DNA from: Microthyrium microscopicum
Taxonomy: Eukaryota
Length of the DNA stretch: 64,000 nucleotides
NCBI GenBank assembly: GCA_010405405.1
Contig: MU004237.1
Location: 720,191 to 784,190 of the forward strand
Direction: 5' to 3'
A program made the position numbers and the translations under genes. This document shows, one piece after another, positions 14,073-26,901 of the stretch. A model generated the notes under the pieces. It saw only the letters and a list, made by a program, of their open reading frames with translations, had not been told where the DNA came from and did not search any database. The first letter of the stretch is position 1, and the number at the start of each line of letters is the position of its first letter.

Positions 14073-15828
14073 TTGTGGCGAAGTTATTATTCATCCTAGT
14101 GAGGTCAATTCAATATCAAATCTACATAATTTTGGCGCTGAGACGTCACACTAAACAACAAAACCTCCTGTCTCCACCATTTCCAGAGCCGAGAACGGAC
14201 TGCTTGCATCGACCCGGTACTCTGGGAGGGACTAATGCGCCCTGGCACGCCTGGGTACATGAGAATTTTGTCTTCTGTTGTTAGTATTTCATGTCTACTC
14301 TCATGTAATACAGCCCGTCCAGGCCCGGCAACTACTCAGATGCAGGCACAGGGCGGCTGAATCCGGGATATGAATACATCTTGCAGTTTTTAGTGTGCCT
14401 CTCTCCATGGCATTGACTGATGTGGACCAACCACAATCGACAAAATTGCCCAAGTCCCATAATTCATTCGACATGTTTTTGAGCAATGCGGTTTGTGCCA
14501 ACCCGAGGGTGCGTTGGATCCACACAGGCATAGAATACATGCTCCGAATCCAATGCTTATGCCTTCGCCCTGTGCGTATCTTTTAAGATCGGCAGATAGG
14601 GATTGAATCTTGTTTGCTTGCCGATTTGTACAACCACGGTACAGAAGCACGAGTTGTATAGCTGCATGTAGGAGCGCTGGTCAATTGATAAGGATACCGT
14701 GGGCTTGGCCAATGGAAAGGCCAACTGGTTCTCTCTCACGTTGGAGCTCATGCACATTTAACAAATATATGAATCCGTAGCCTTGCCCACACTTTTCTAC
14801 TTGAGCCCGAAGTTTTCCAGTGACGTCTTTACTCTTTCTTGTGCAGACCGCCGGAGCGTTTGTTCTGACTCAACTTCAATTGTAGACTGTTGATAGGTCG
14901 CTACTTGTTTGTCTTCTTACTATTACCAGATCTTCCTTCGAGAAAGAGAAATGTTCTCTCTTTCAAACCCGTCGGATCCCTAACGAACAATTTCAAGCGA
15001 TAGTCCTCTCACCATCCCGCAATTGATTCGCATTTCTCAGCCTTCTCTGAGTTCTCGCTCTTCACAGCCCAATATCTCTCCCCTCACCCGTCTCGTCTAC
15101 CTACGGTCGTCTCCTCTTCGCCACCAAGGCGAGTATTTACCCTAGCTTTGCCGCAAGTTTTTCGAAGACATCAGCGATCTAGTCTCGGACCGCGTCAATT
15201 CAGACTGATCGTCCTTGGTCCCACAGAATCGTACCATTTGGCCCACGTTTCATTCGCCTTGCATACCCTCACGCGCAATCCCCTGAAACCGGAGCAAATT
15301 CTACGACCAATGACTGTGCATCACATCATTCCTCTTGGATATCAGGCTCAACACTCAAATTAGTAGAAACCACAAATTGTTGGACAAAATTCTCGATATT
15401 CCCAGCCAAGAGCCAGAACCGAGCCGGCAGTTTCAAGTTCTTTAAACTTCCAACTAGCAACACACTCCGTCCTAGTGTCCGTTGGTACCCGCAACCTTCA
15501 GCGGGAACCAACGTTTTTGGGAATAAACTTTATCAAAATTTGTGGGTGCCGCGGTATCGGGAACGACTAAATCTTAACTTCACTTCATCAATTTACGACT
15601 CGACTTTTGGAGCCTAGTGCGCATCATTCGGATCAGTGGGGCAGTTGATCTACAGAATCTAGCTGGGCTGGCATCGGCAAGATCAACTATCTGGATACGA
15701 CGTCACGATCGGAAAATTTAGCGGATTAAAGCGTGATTTGACGAACAGTATCTCTTCATCAAAGCAAAGCTGTTTCTAGACTCCTCGCAAAAGCTTTGAA
15801 AATTAAGGAGCAGGTCACAGGTTAGAGA

Positions 15829-17493
15829 ATGGCGAAACCCAAGGTCCTACTGCTTGGCGAAATCGAACAGTAAGTCGGATATCATCATGTCATGCCCGCA
15901 TTACTCCATCGAGTTCATGTTATATGATCCACTTTTGCTGTAACTTTTCTGAACGCAATCGATTTGAGCTTGGCTAACCTCTCATCAAGCGCACACGATG
16001 CTTGGAAGGCATTGGGAGAGCTCGCAGAACTAAGCGAACCAGAATCAAAGAACAGAGCTGGCTTTCTAGAGGAGTGCAAGAGCGGGAAGCTGGATGGAGT
16101 CTTGGTGTGCTTTCGCACGTTCAACAGCATTTCCATCACTGGAATGTTTGATGAAGAGTTAATTCAATGCTTACCCAAAAGTGTGAAGTATGTTTGCCAT
16201 AACGGTGAGTTTCCCATCCTTTTGTTCTTCTACGGAGTGTAAGGACGTAGAAGAATGCAAATGCCAGAACACCATACATAAGCGGGCTGGCCATGGAAGG
16301 CCTTCCGTTGATTTCATTGACCGTAAGCTGATGATCTCAAGGTGCCGGCTATGATCAGGTCGACATTCAAGCATGCACAGCTCGATCGATCCAAGTGTCC
16401 AATACACCAACTGCTGTTGACGATGCCACGGCAGACGTCAACATGTTTCTGATTCTAGGAGCACTGCGTGGCTTCAACGCGGGTATGCTGGCTCTCCGAC
16501 AAGGCGATTGGCGTGGTCGCAAGCTTCCACCTCTTGGTCATGATCCACAGGGCAAGACGCTGGGGATACTAGGTATGGGGGGCATTGGAAGGAATCTCAA
16601 GAAAAAGGCAGATGGCTTTGGAATGAAGACGATATACCACAATCGCAATCGACTAGAGCCTGATATGGAAGCTGGAGCAGAATATGTCAGTTTCGAGCAA
16701 TTGCTAACGACCAGCGATGTGCTCAGTCTCAATCTGCCACTGAATGTGAGTTCTTCCTGGAGCTGACTGCTCAAAATACCTCCCATCATCACTTTTAAGA
16801 TTGTAGGATTGGCTGAAATGAATGCTTACGCGTTATTCTTTGCAAAGAAACACACACGCCACATAATATCCACACCCGAGTTCAACAAGATGAAGCGGGG
16901 CGTTATCGTCGTCAATACTGCTCGCGGGGCCGTCATTGACGAGGCAGCGCTTGTTGAAGCTCTCAACAGCGGCCAGGTAGGCAGCTGTGGGCTCGATGTG
17001 TACGAAGAGGAGCCGAAGATCCACCCGGGATTGGTGGCAAACCCAAATGTTCTGCTGGTCCCGCATATGGGCACTTGGACCGTCGAGGTGAGTCGCAGCT
17101 TGATGCAAGTCCGCACCCAAAAATCTTGGGGACAAAGAAGTTGTTGGCGAGACAAGTCTGTTGGTTTGGCGGAATGTCCGATGAGCGGCAGCCTGCATCA
17201 TCTGATTTATTTTACCGATGCCCATTAATTTGCTTGCCGACGCTGATGGGCTGGTCGCTATTGATGCTCCATCCCGATTTGTCATGATCATTCGATTATC
17301 CCCGTTCAACATTGCCGCGATTTGAAAGGGGCAGATCTGCTTCTCGGTAAAAGATATCCCTACTAACGTAATTGATGTCCGTTAGACTCAAACGAAGATG
17401 GAGGAATGGACGATTAGCAACGTGCGATGCGTTTTGGAAAAGGGCCGACTAAAAAACATTGTACCTGAGCAGGCGAGCTTGATGTCAAGCTAA
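15829..17493 (+). CDS. D-2-hydroxyacid dehydrogenase / glyoxylate reductase
   Basis: GILGMGGIG, VNTARG, GLDVYEEEP, PHMGT. Introns 15870-15989, 16205-16341, 16746-16847 and about 17088-17385. Confidence 0.92.
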
Positions 17494-20400
17494 AAAAGGA
17501 TCCTACAACTTCATCAGGGTTTTACTCCTCGCTAGGCTAAAAATGACGGTTTGATTCTCGACTTTGACGATGCTGAAGGCAAGCGGGGCCAAATTGTTTT
17601 TTATGCGATGGCTAGCTTAGCCAGGCACAAATCGGGATTGAATGTATGAACAGTGATCTTTTTCGAGATAGACTAGAACAAAGTGGCGGTTTGGTGTCAT
17701 CGGTTGGAAAACTAGTGCGTGTCTTATGTTCTAAAGGATTCATGAAATAAGTTCGGGCCCATGCGGATGATAAGAGTCGTTAGTGTGGATATGAAGGGAG
17801 GTATTTTCTGATTAATTAATGGGATAGATATGCACCAGGTTATTCATAGATAGATCCTAGTTCCAGGGAAACATTAGAAAACAAAATCAGAAAACAAAAT
17901 AGTTCATAAAACACCCACTAATCTTCAAGAGTCTAATCTTCCGGCGAATCCTCCTTATGTTTGCATCACGAATTGGCAAATATCAAAGCGCAGAAACGCA
18001 TTTACAGGGTCGTACTCTATCCCTCAGTGCCTGCAGAACAGGCTGCAAACCTGAGATAGCGCAGTGAAAAGATTAGCTTACTTATGCGGTGGAATTGGGA
18101 CCAGAATCTATGGCTGCTTGAAGTAACATAGAATCGAGACACTGTACCGGTATTCGGTAAATTAAGCTCATCATGGCACTAGCTTAAGCTACCATGACTG
18201 TGGAAATCCAGGATACATTCCAGGCCTATATTTGATGAACTATAGAGTACATCTCAAATGATCAAGACCTACGAACCAACAGAATATGCTGGCTTCGCAG
18301 ATGAAACGCGATATACATCTTTTTATGCTTAAGATTTGATTGGACTTCTTGCTCTTGTACAAATGCTGCTGTACGAGTGCGAATATTGTTCTCCACTCCC
18401 ATCCAAAATGTTAATCATCCCTTTTGGCGTTTTGTGTCTTAAGATAGGTGGATACCTAGTAGATACACAGGCAGGATAAATCGGTCCCTGCTATGTATTG
18501 CGTCCTTTAATGATCATCACTAGTAATCTGAAGGCGCTTTTTATATATTTTGAAATTTTCAGCCAATCCCAGAGTTGCAAACCAACGTGGCTCACGAGCT
18601 TGATCAATATGGCAAGTGTAGATGCAAAGCAAGATAGCCATGCGGCCCATGCCTCATATAAAAGCGGAAATATTGACTGGCTTTGAAGTGAGTTGTGGAG
18701 TGGATCATAACATCAATTCTAGGTTAATGTATGTTCCACGAGAACAGCAACTCTATTGTGAAGCAGGGCATGCCTCGCATCGCTGGGACATTGATGGACC
18801 AAAGGACCAACAATTTTGGCGGAACAGAGGAGCGATGGCGGCGTCAATTGGCTGAATGTCCCCAGAGGCGCACGTCAGGCAACGGGCCGGCCGCCGCGGC
18901 TGAAGCGATTCAAGCGAAGAACACGCGAGCTCTTTTGACCCTTTCCTCTTTGAGCACGTTCTGGCTTAGAATAGACTGGCATAAGAAGCATGGAGCGGCA
19001 TAGAAGCAGTGCGTTGACGCCACTTTTTGGTGTTGAGTGTCATTACTGGTGGTCTGTGGCCCAGGTTGCAGATTCCTCCACACCTCCTCCTTGCATGAGA
19101 GACCCTTCTTTCACTGTACAGTGACATTTACCGCTCAATGGTTCCAGCCACCGTACCTCTTTCATATGCTTTCTGCCACATGTCGTGCTGGGCGCCATCA
19201 AGCTTTCTGAAAGTCTGAACTGACTCGGACTACGATCCCCTAGTTGTTGTGGCACATCATACTCTCCACGTTATCATAATCTTCTATCTATTTCTCTGAT
19301 CGTGGCCTATCTACTTCAGTTTGATCCCTTTACTTCTTCTGGAATGTTTTGCTATACAATGCTCTATATGCCTTTTCCTCCTCGTCTTGCCGTTGCTCCT
19401 GGCAAACACCTCAATCTCCCCTGATCCAAGTCATGATTGTGTTGTGGCTACAATCTCTAGCATATGCAATCTTCCTTTTCACCACTGTTCAATTCGGGCT
19501 TTCTCTCTATCTTTACGGATCATTACGATTTATGCTTTTCTCGCCACGCGGCTCTTTTGCTGACTTTAGATGCTGCATGAGCCCTTTCTGCACGTCCGTC
19601 ATAACCTGTTGACGCCTCATCGTGTCATTTGCTGAGTGGCACGACTGATAGGTATGCTGTTGTTCATGCGGTTACCCACTTGGACAGAATGGGCGCAATT
19701 ACTCTCAGCATAAGCCATTCTTCAGTTAAGCCTCCCGGCGGGCCGTCCGTAGACAGCTCGCTTGATCCGCTTCTACTAGTACTAGTAGTCGCATTGCGAT
19801 CATCTTTCAGTCCAATAATTCTAGTGGAGCTAGAGGTGCGTCCACAATATATTACCATGGCTTGCTATATATGCTACTTTCCTATCGTTTCACCGCAAAG
19901 CTTTCTTGCATGGCGGGTGGCTTCTGGCCGTGATCCAGTAGACATGTCGCTGTGAGTCTCCAGTGCTTCTCGTCTATCCTCAATTTGAACATTATTTGTC
20001 AGCTCCAATCACCCACTGCCATTGACAGCGGCGCGGCGCCCTCTAGCATGTCGTCAAAAATTTTGTTAGCCATTACCGGTACAGAATCTACCTGGTATCG
20101 ATCCCTGCCAGACCACCCCTTCTAGCTACGGCACTAATGCATTGGCCGGCTTGCCTCGTTTTCGTTCAAGTTTTAACGGCTCTGGGCGCCCACATGGGCC
20201 AACGTGGACTATTCTGTATCCAGACCATATTGACTGGGATGCCCAACGCCCATTTTCAGCATAACAATCCCTGAAGCTAAGCAAGAACACTCGACCGGGG
20301 AACACTGACGCTGATCTGGCCCGTTGCTTTGCGAATTCAACCAGGTATCCCACTCGAGCCACTTCTCCTGCACCCTGACCGCAATCTTCCCCTGTCAAGT

Positions 20401-20559
20401 GTTGACCACCAGGTGCTGGCCTCTGGGGGTCCACATCGCCATAGGTTCTGCCGAGACAAAAGTGCTGTATTGTAGGCGAGGCTGCGCTCACGTACCTCTG
20501 GTTTGGCGGCTGCTAGGTTGCTTGTATTCTTAATCACTGTCTCGCGCCTTCTGTTCACC

Positions 20560-22588
20560 ATGACTGATGAAGCACAACATCACTTCTCATCCAACTCAAC
20601 ATCTCCAATGAACTCGACATCTTATCCCCCCACACCAATGCAGAATGCATATGCCTACTCACCTCATATACCACCGGGCCACGACTATAGACAAACAACT
20701 TCTGTTGCTTCAATGCCTCATTCTGTTGTCAGTCTGCCCCCACTGAGAATGGACGCACCAGTTCAGCATCATCATGCCTATTCTCATCATCATATACCCT
20801 ACTCATCAGGTCATGCCATACCAACATATCACACAAATGCCTATCGGGTTATGGCACACTCAGGACAGCCACTATCAGCATTGGGCTCACCCGAGTATAT
20901 GCGCTTTCCCATTCATGCACTATCCAGTCCAGTTACTGGACGATCCAACAAGAAAGAAATCAAGCGTCGTACAAAAACTGGCTGCATGACTTGCCGCAAG
21001 CGAAGAATTAAGGTTAGTTGACCATTTTCTATGGCAAACTGGTCTTAGCTCTGCATCGAGGCGGTTTCTCCCGCCAGTAGTTTGCAAGTTTTGCAGATAT
21101 TGCAGTCTGCTGGAGTGAAGATCTATCAATGGCCCCAAATCAGCTAACCAATCTCATTAGTGCGATGAGCAACATCCAATATGCCGCAATTGCGTGAAAA
21201 GCAAACGAGAATGCCTTGGTTATGATCCTATATTCAAGCCACAGTCTGGTCAACAAAGCAACCAACAAATGCAAAGCAGCGTATCACCTACCGCCACGAC
21301 GCCAACAAGCACTGCTACTGCCAGTTCCAGCGCCATGGTTATACCTACGCCTTCGAATGCTCAAGCTCCAGCTCTACCACTCACTCCAATTTCCGAAACA
21401 CATGCCCCAGTCATTGCCTCACATCAACACCAGCAGCCAGCTCGTCCTCCGCCACCAATCCACTACTCTACTTCCATCAACACACCCTACTCTAATTCGG
21501 CGGCGAAACTCCCGGCAATGACTCCTTCGGTGCAAGGTATGCGGATCTACTGAATTGGGCAAGCGGCGGAAAGCAGAGGTCGATACGAAGGACATTGAGT
21601 GACCGGCGAGTCCACGAAGCATGTCCAATTGCGGCAACTGCTTTTCGTCGCCGCCAGTCACTCATAAGTTCTATCGAAGACACCTGCTGATCTTTACTGT
21701 TTTTCATTAGTTAAGCCGCATTCTGGCGTAATGATTCCTGTTTCTGTAGAGAAGCTTTTTTTAGAGAGATCTCTACCTCCTTACAATGTCCTGGATCTCC
21801 ACGGAAGCATGTCACAAGATACACAGAATGATATTTTTACATTGTACAACAATGATTTGGCGCCTGGGTTCGACAGTATACTAGAAGTCAAGTGGTACTC
21901 TGAAAAGGGGATTGACGATGTTCTGAAAGATCATGAGATGTGCCGGCTTCTTGCGACACTTTTGACATACTACAGCAGATTCAAAGATGTGACCAGCTAC
22001 GACGTTGAATCTCAATGTCGTACAAAGGCTCTAGAGTGCAAGACTGTATGGTCCCTGCTCACCCTCATCCGGCGAAATCCTCCATCCGAAGTTCCTCACG
22101 GCGACTCGTATCAAGCTCAACGACAAAGACTTTGCTACGAAGAAGCGATATGTCGACTAAATACCCTCGAAGCACTCCTCACAAACTCTATCCTCCCGTC
22201 GAACCCTCTGGACGCCATTTCCTACCCATCAAATATGGTAACCTCTCCAGAGATGCAATCACAAATCGACTTTTGGCATTCAGTAGGCTCTTTTGTAGCA
22301 ACTACTGACGAGAAGATCATGTGGTCTACTATCATAAGCGTACGCGATTTGCTTGGGAACATTGAAAATCGAGATGTCATTTACTCCATGATGATCTGTC
22401 GTTTTTTTGCCGACCGAATCGACAACTTTACTGCAAGTTTCTCTGGACCACCAACCAGTGAAAGCGATCCTGTCAACCGAGCTTTGCTAGCCAAAACATT
22501 CTTAATCAACGAAGCTACCGGCTATGGAACAAATCACCCCATTCAGCGGATATCCCACATGGCTGTTGAGAGCTGGTTTCACAGATAA
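20560..22588 (+). CDS. Zn(II)2Cys6 transcription factor (possibly McrA-like)
   Basis: KRRTKTGCMTCRKRRIK|CDEQHPICRNCVKSKRECLGY across intron 21013-21160. Second intron 21537-21710. Orthology to McrA is from recollection only. Confidence 0.88.
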
Positions 22589-24995
22589 CAAGGACTTCCC
22601 AGTCTCAATTAACTAAAATACGCGGAGGTGGACATGTTTCTCACTGGAAACTGTATACTATAATAATGGCTGTTTTCACACGGTTTGGACTCAAAATCAT
22701 CGCAAGATTGCGATCTTGTCACTATTACGATCTTGTATGAACACTGACTGCATTGCAAGGCGCCTTTGGAAGGGTATATTTATCATGTACATCAAATAAT
22801 AGTTTGCGCCTCAAGGATTTGCAGTATGGTTACGCTTTTTTCTCCTGCATGTTTGCTCGACTGAAATGACAAAGACACTGTTCTTTTTGACTGCAATTTC
22901 CCTTTTCATTAGCTGCATGCGTATGCTCAATGCGTGACATCTCTGAATATTAACAATGACAAAATCTGCTGCAATAACAAGCCACTTTTATGATCCTTAC
23001 AATCTCGTGGTTCTCTGAAAATCCAATTATAGACCTATATAAACATTGCCTCCACCTGTCATGGCCATGCAGTAAACGAACATCCTGTAACAACACCAGA
23101 AAAAGCCAGAGAACTACCTATAATGCCCCCACTATTTCAACATGATTGTATTTCTCCGAATGACCGCTTAGAAAATCGCATAATCAGTCATGTTTTCTTT
23201 TTCGAACCCCAGGAAGGAGCGCGTCTAAACGCGGAGTCACTGTCGAACCTACCACGTTCAAACAAAACTAGGCCCCCGAATGTTAAACGCTTTTGTCATT
23301 GAAAAACAGCCACCGCCCGCTAGGATCGTAAAAAGCGTATAGAAACGTAAAGTGGACTATTGCTAATCAAACGGCTCTGGCGTTATGAGCTAACCTCGTG
23401 CTTCCCACAGTGTCGGCTCATAATATTCCTTTTTTCTCGATCCTTTAACAAGTCTGACTGGCACTATTAGCTGTACAACAGGTAAATTCTTTTTGCAACA
23501 GCTCATTTTGTGCGGGTCTAATCTGTCGCCTCCGGCCTTAATATTTTGACTTAACGTATTTAATTTTCGAATGCTGAAACACGACAATGTCCATATCGTC
23601 CCCATGTTTTGAACGCGCTCACAGAGCTGTGGAATCTTTACGCTGTACACCTGCCATCTGGTAGTCCCGCTTGTAACTTCCAGGCGTCCCGCGAGGTGCA
23701 TTCGTAGCGAGCTTTTGAGCTCCGGAGGAAGGAGTCCGCCGGAGTGTTCTTGCAAATTTGGCGACGAGAGACATTTGTTGATGGTGTATATCGCTTGCGG
23801 TCTTTAGCGCCACTGGGGAAACTGCTGGACGGGCCTTTTCAGTCGGCCCTTTTTTTATTTAAAGTTATTGTAAGGCGAGCTGGAGTTGAGCCTAGCCATC
23901 CGTAACGAGTTGTCTGTTTCATAGATTACCTCACTCATGTTTTGGCCAATGGCTGGGACGAAAACTCGGTAACACGAAGCGAACAAATCACTGGTGGAAG
24001 AAATCAGTTCGTTTTGACTCTTGAGGGAAGGCAACGGCTATCAAGCGAATGAGCTAGTTCTTTGCAACTGGCTGACGCAGTACTGTCATCTTTGACAGCT
24101 GGCAGGACTGGTGTTGTGCATTCGCAAAGTCTAAGCTATGCAGCAAACTTCATGTAATCTGCTATGTATGTGTAATTATCTACGCCTTGAGAGAACTCAC
24201 TGGATGGTATGCACGGCTGAATAATTGACAATATACTAAGTGCATATTACTGGCCGCCTACGACAATCTCAGATTCCATTATCAGACTACCACCACAAAA
24301 CGATCTCAATGCGTTTGCTGATCTGATAGTTGCGAGAAACCACCAGTGACTACACTCAGTCAAGAGCAATGTGTAATAGACCAACAGGGAACTAACTCCC
24401 TGGTCAAGGCTATCAGAAAGAATTGCGTTTGTTTGATTCGCTTAACTTCGAGCCTGGCCTGTTCATGTTGATTATATCAAACAGGATCAAGTGTCTGGGA
24501 ACTGCTTTCACTCGTTTTGAAGTAAATCACGATCTCGGAAGGCCTCCAGCTCGCCTCGATGCCTCCCGTCGTATGGTTGGTCTAAATTTCTTCAAAGAAC
24601 TGACCGGTTTCGGGTATCTACAGTCCTGATAGCTAGCGCTCAGCAAGAGGTTATGATAACAGCCAATTCTGAGACAAGACAATTCAATAATTGATTACAC
24701 GCTGCTGATTGTTACGCGTTAGACTTTGGGCGACGACGTGTGCTCAGCTCTCTGGCGTGCTTTTGACAGGGCATTGCAGAGGCGCCATAGAGTCTTGCCA
24801 ATGGCAATTGTATATTCGCCTATGCCTCGTGCCGTCGCTGTGTTCATCCAGGATGGCTGGTCAACTGCTATGAGACATGTTGGGGTCCTTTCGTCTTTTG
24901 GCGAATACAGAACGACTGTGATCGTCTTTGCGTTTGGGCATGGTCCAGATGCAAGTTCTGGTGATCATTCGCCGCCTCGCTGGGTCTCTGGGCAA

Positions 24996-25031
24996 ATACC
25001 GGTTGTAGATACCGGTTGTAGATACCGTTGT
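24996..25031. repeat. 13-nt tandem repeat (ATACCGGTTGTAG x about 2.7)
   Basis: Two exact copies plus a degenerate third, read directly. Confidence 0.8.
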
Positions 25032-26901
25032 CACCTGCAAGTGACCCTGATCTTCTTTTGGGATCGTGATGATTGCTGCCGTCTCGTACTTGTTGCTCTT
25101 CCGAACATGACCGATTGAGACTGGGGTGCGATACACTAGATCACTGACAGCTCGTGTAAAGGGATGACAGCTCACTACCCAGCAGCAATCGCTTTGAGCC
25201 GCATGAATACAACTCTCCTTGAAGGATCCAAAAACTACGAATGAGGCTCTCCGGATCATCCCTCATTGCCAATAGACGCTACTCTCAGAAATTGCGCAAA
25301 CAAAGCCTCGTCAGCATAGGTGACTCGGCATGAGCATACAGCCATCTCCAGCTCCTTTTGGCGTTCTAGTTCACCACATACGGATACCCTGCTAGGCAAA
25401 GCCCTTCCAGACTGGGGCAACTTGACATATACGGACTCGCTAAGTATCCACCAGTGACTCTACTGCACTGTCTCTTGCCAAAAGCGTGCATTATTTCTGT
25501 CATCGGAACATATCCCACACTTCCGTGCCCACAGACCAACGTACGTTGAAGCATAGCCGGACAGTGACACCCTTACCACGCTCCACTATCCGGGAAACTC
25601 AGGAGATGATGATTGCCGGAAGGGCAAGGCACTACTAAAGTTGGTGCTAATGCAGTACTGCGGTCGGAAATCGTGTGGTTGGCCTTGCGTCCTTCAACCG
25701 GTAGCGGACAAGGAACAGGATGGGCAACGGTTTCAAAACGGGCAGTAGTAGCAATCGCCACGTCGTCTTGTCTTGATGACGAGGTTAGCCTGTCAGCTTG
25801 ACTTCGCTTGCACCCGTCGTCAGGGTTCGTCGCCAGTCTTCCAGGTTTTGACGTTGACTGAAACCTTCTGTTGGTCCCGTGGAAATAAGCACGGGATTCT
25901 GTATATGGATAGGTTCGTGATAGGCACATTGCAGTGTCTTATCTTTCAGTCACTGCATCCTTGGGCTCGACTGAAAAGTGCTCAACATGGCGTGCAAGGG
26001 AGCTCAGCAAATGCTTTCACACAGACGATATGCAGTGAATAGCAGCATCTAGACAGGAAGGATATGTAATGTCAGGACTTTGTGGCGCACAGAGAGATGC
26101 TTTTGCGATAATGCTGATCGAGATGCCAGTAAGGGTCTGTCAACATGAGGCATTGTTGTTACTTGCAATTTACTTAAGCAACACGACGAAGAGGCCCTTG
26201 GTCTTGTATGAATCAATAAGTTCAATCATCACTAAGCTATATCTAATGATTCTTTGAAATTGACTACGTTCTTGCTTCTCGGCGTCCCTGAGCTACTCGT
26301 GAGTCTCTCATCCTGTTTCTCAAGTATGCAGGAGTCATTTGTAAATGTCTCCTAGATCGTATAAGGAGGAAGTGCATTATCTTCAAATTATAACTTATAA
26401 AGACGTTGTCGCTGAAATGTTTCCAGCATATCTTGAAAGAAGAAAAACTGTCCTGATAAGTTATAATGATCCGTCTTTACCTAAGATACCCGTTTGATTG
26501 ATTCAATAAAACCGTAGATATAGTCGTGTTTTGTTTGAGAAAATACTTTGGTCAATGTGTAAGATTATCTTACTATTAGCATCATAATGGACTTTGTCGT
26601 GAAGAGAACTGGTGTCCATTATTTTCACGCCGCATAGTTTCCTTTCTTATTATGGATTATATTTACTTGATTTGTTTGTTATGTTCGTTTAGGGTGCTTT
26701 CCTTTCGTAATTGAGCCGTAGTGAGTATTCTCATCTTGTAGAATATTCAATACATTTTTGCCCCTATCAAACATACAGACAACACTGCAGACCAGAGACT
26801 AGATGAGGACCTTTCAAAATATCACTGCTTCATCAAACTAGAGTATGCCGATCATTCGTTCCTCATACTTATATCACTAACTACATCAAACCACCAATTC
26901 A

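Noticed and set aside
14140..14760. Possible small Cys-rich spliced gene on the minus strand (branch/acceptor near 14275, exon ending FCCLV*)
   Set aside because: No convincing donor, signal peptide or consistent upstream frame could be assembled.
15190..15215. RNase P RNA CR-V-like CAATTCAGACT
   Set aside because: No upstream CR-I (GGAA..TCTGAG) partner for helix P4.
17461..17545. Cryptic peroxisomal PTS1 by stop readthrough in glyoxylate reductase
   Set aside because: The stop is TAA and the extension ends FTPR*, which is not SKL-like.
23831..23856. Bacterial Rho-independent terminator or horizontally acquired DNA
   Set aside because: The context is eukaryotic and no bacterial-type ORF precedes it. 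Kept only as part of the ncRNA candidate.
22600..26900. Telomerase RNA
   Set aside because: No TAACCCTAA-type template found on either strand. CTAACCT at 23390 fits a splice branch point better.
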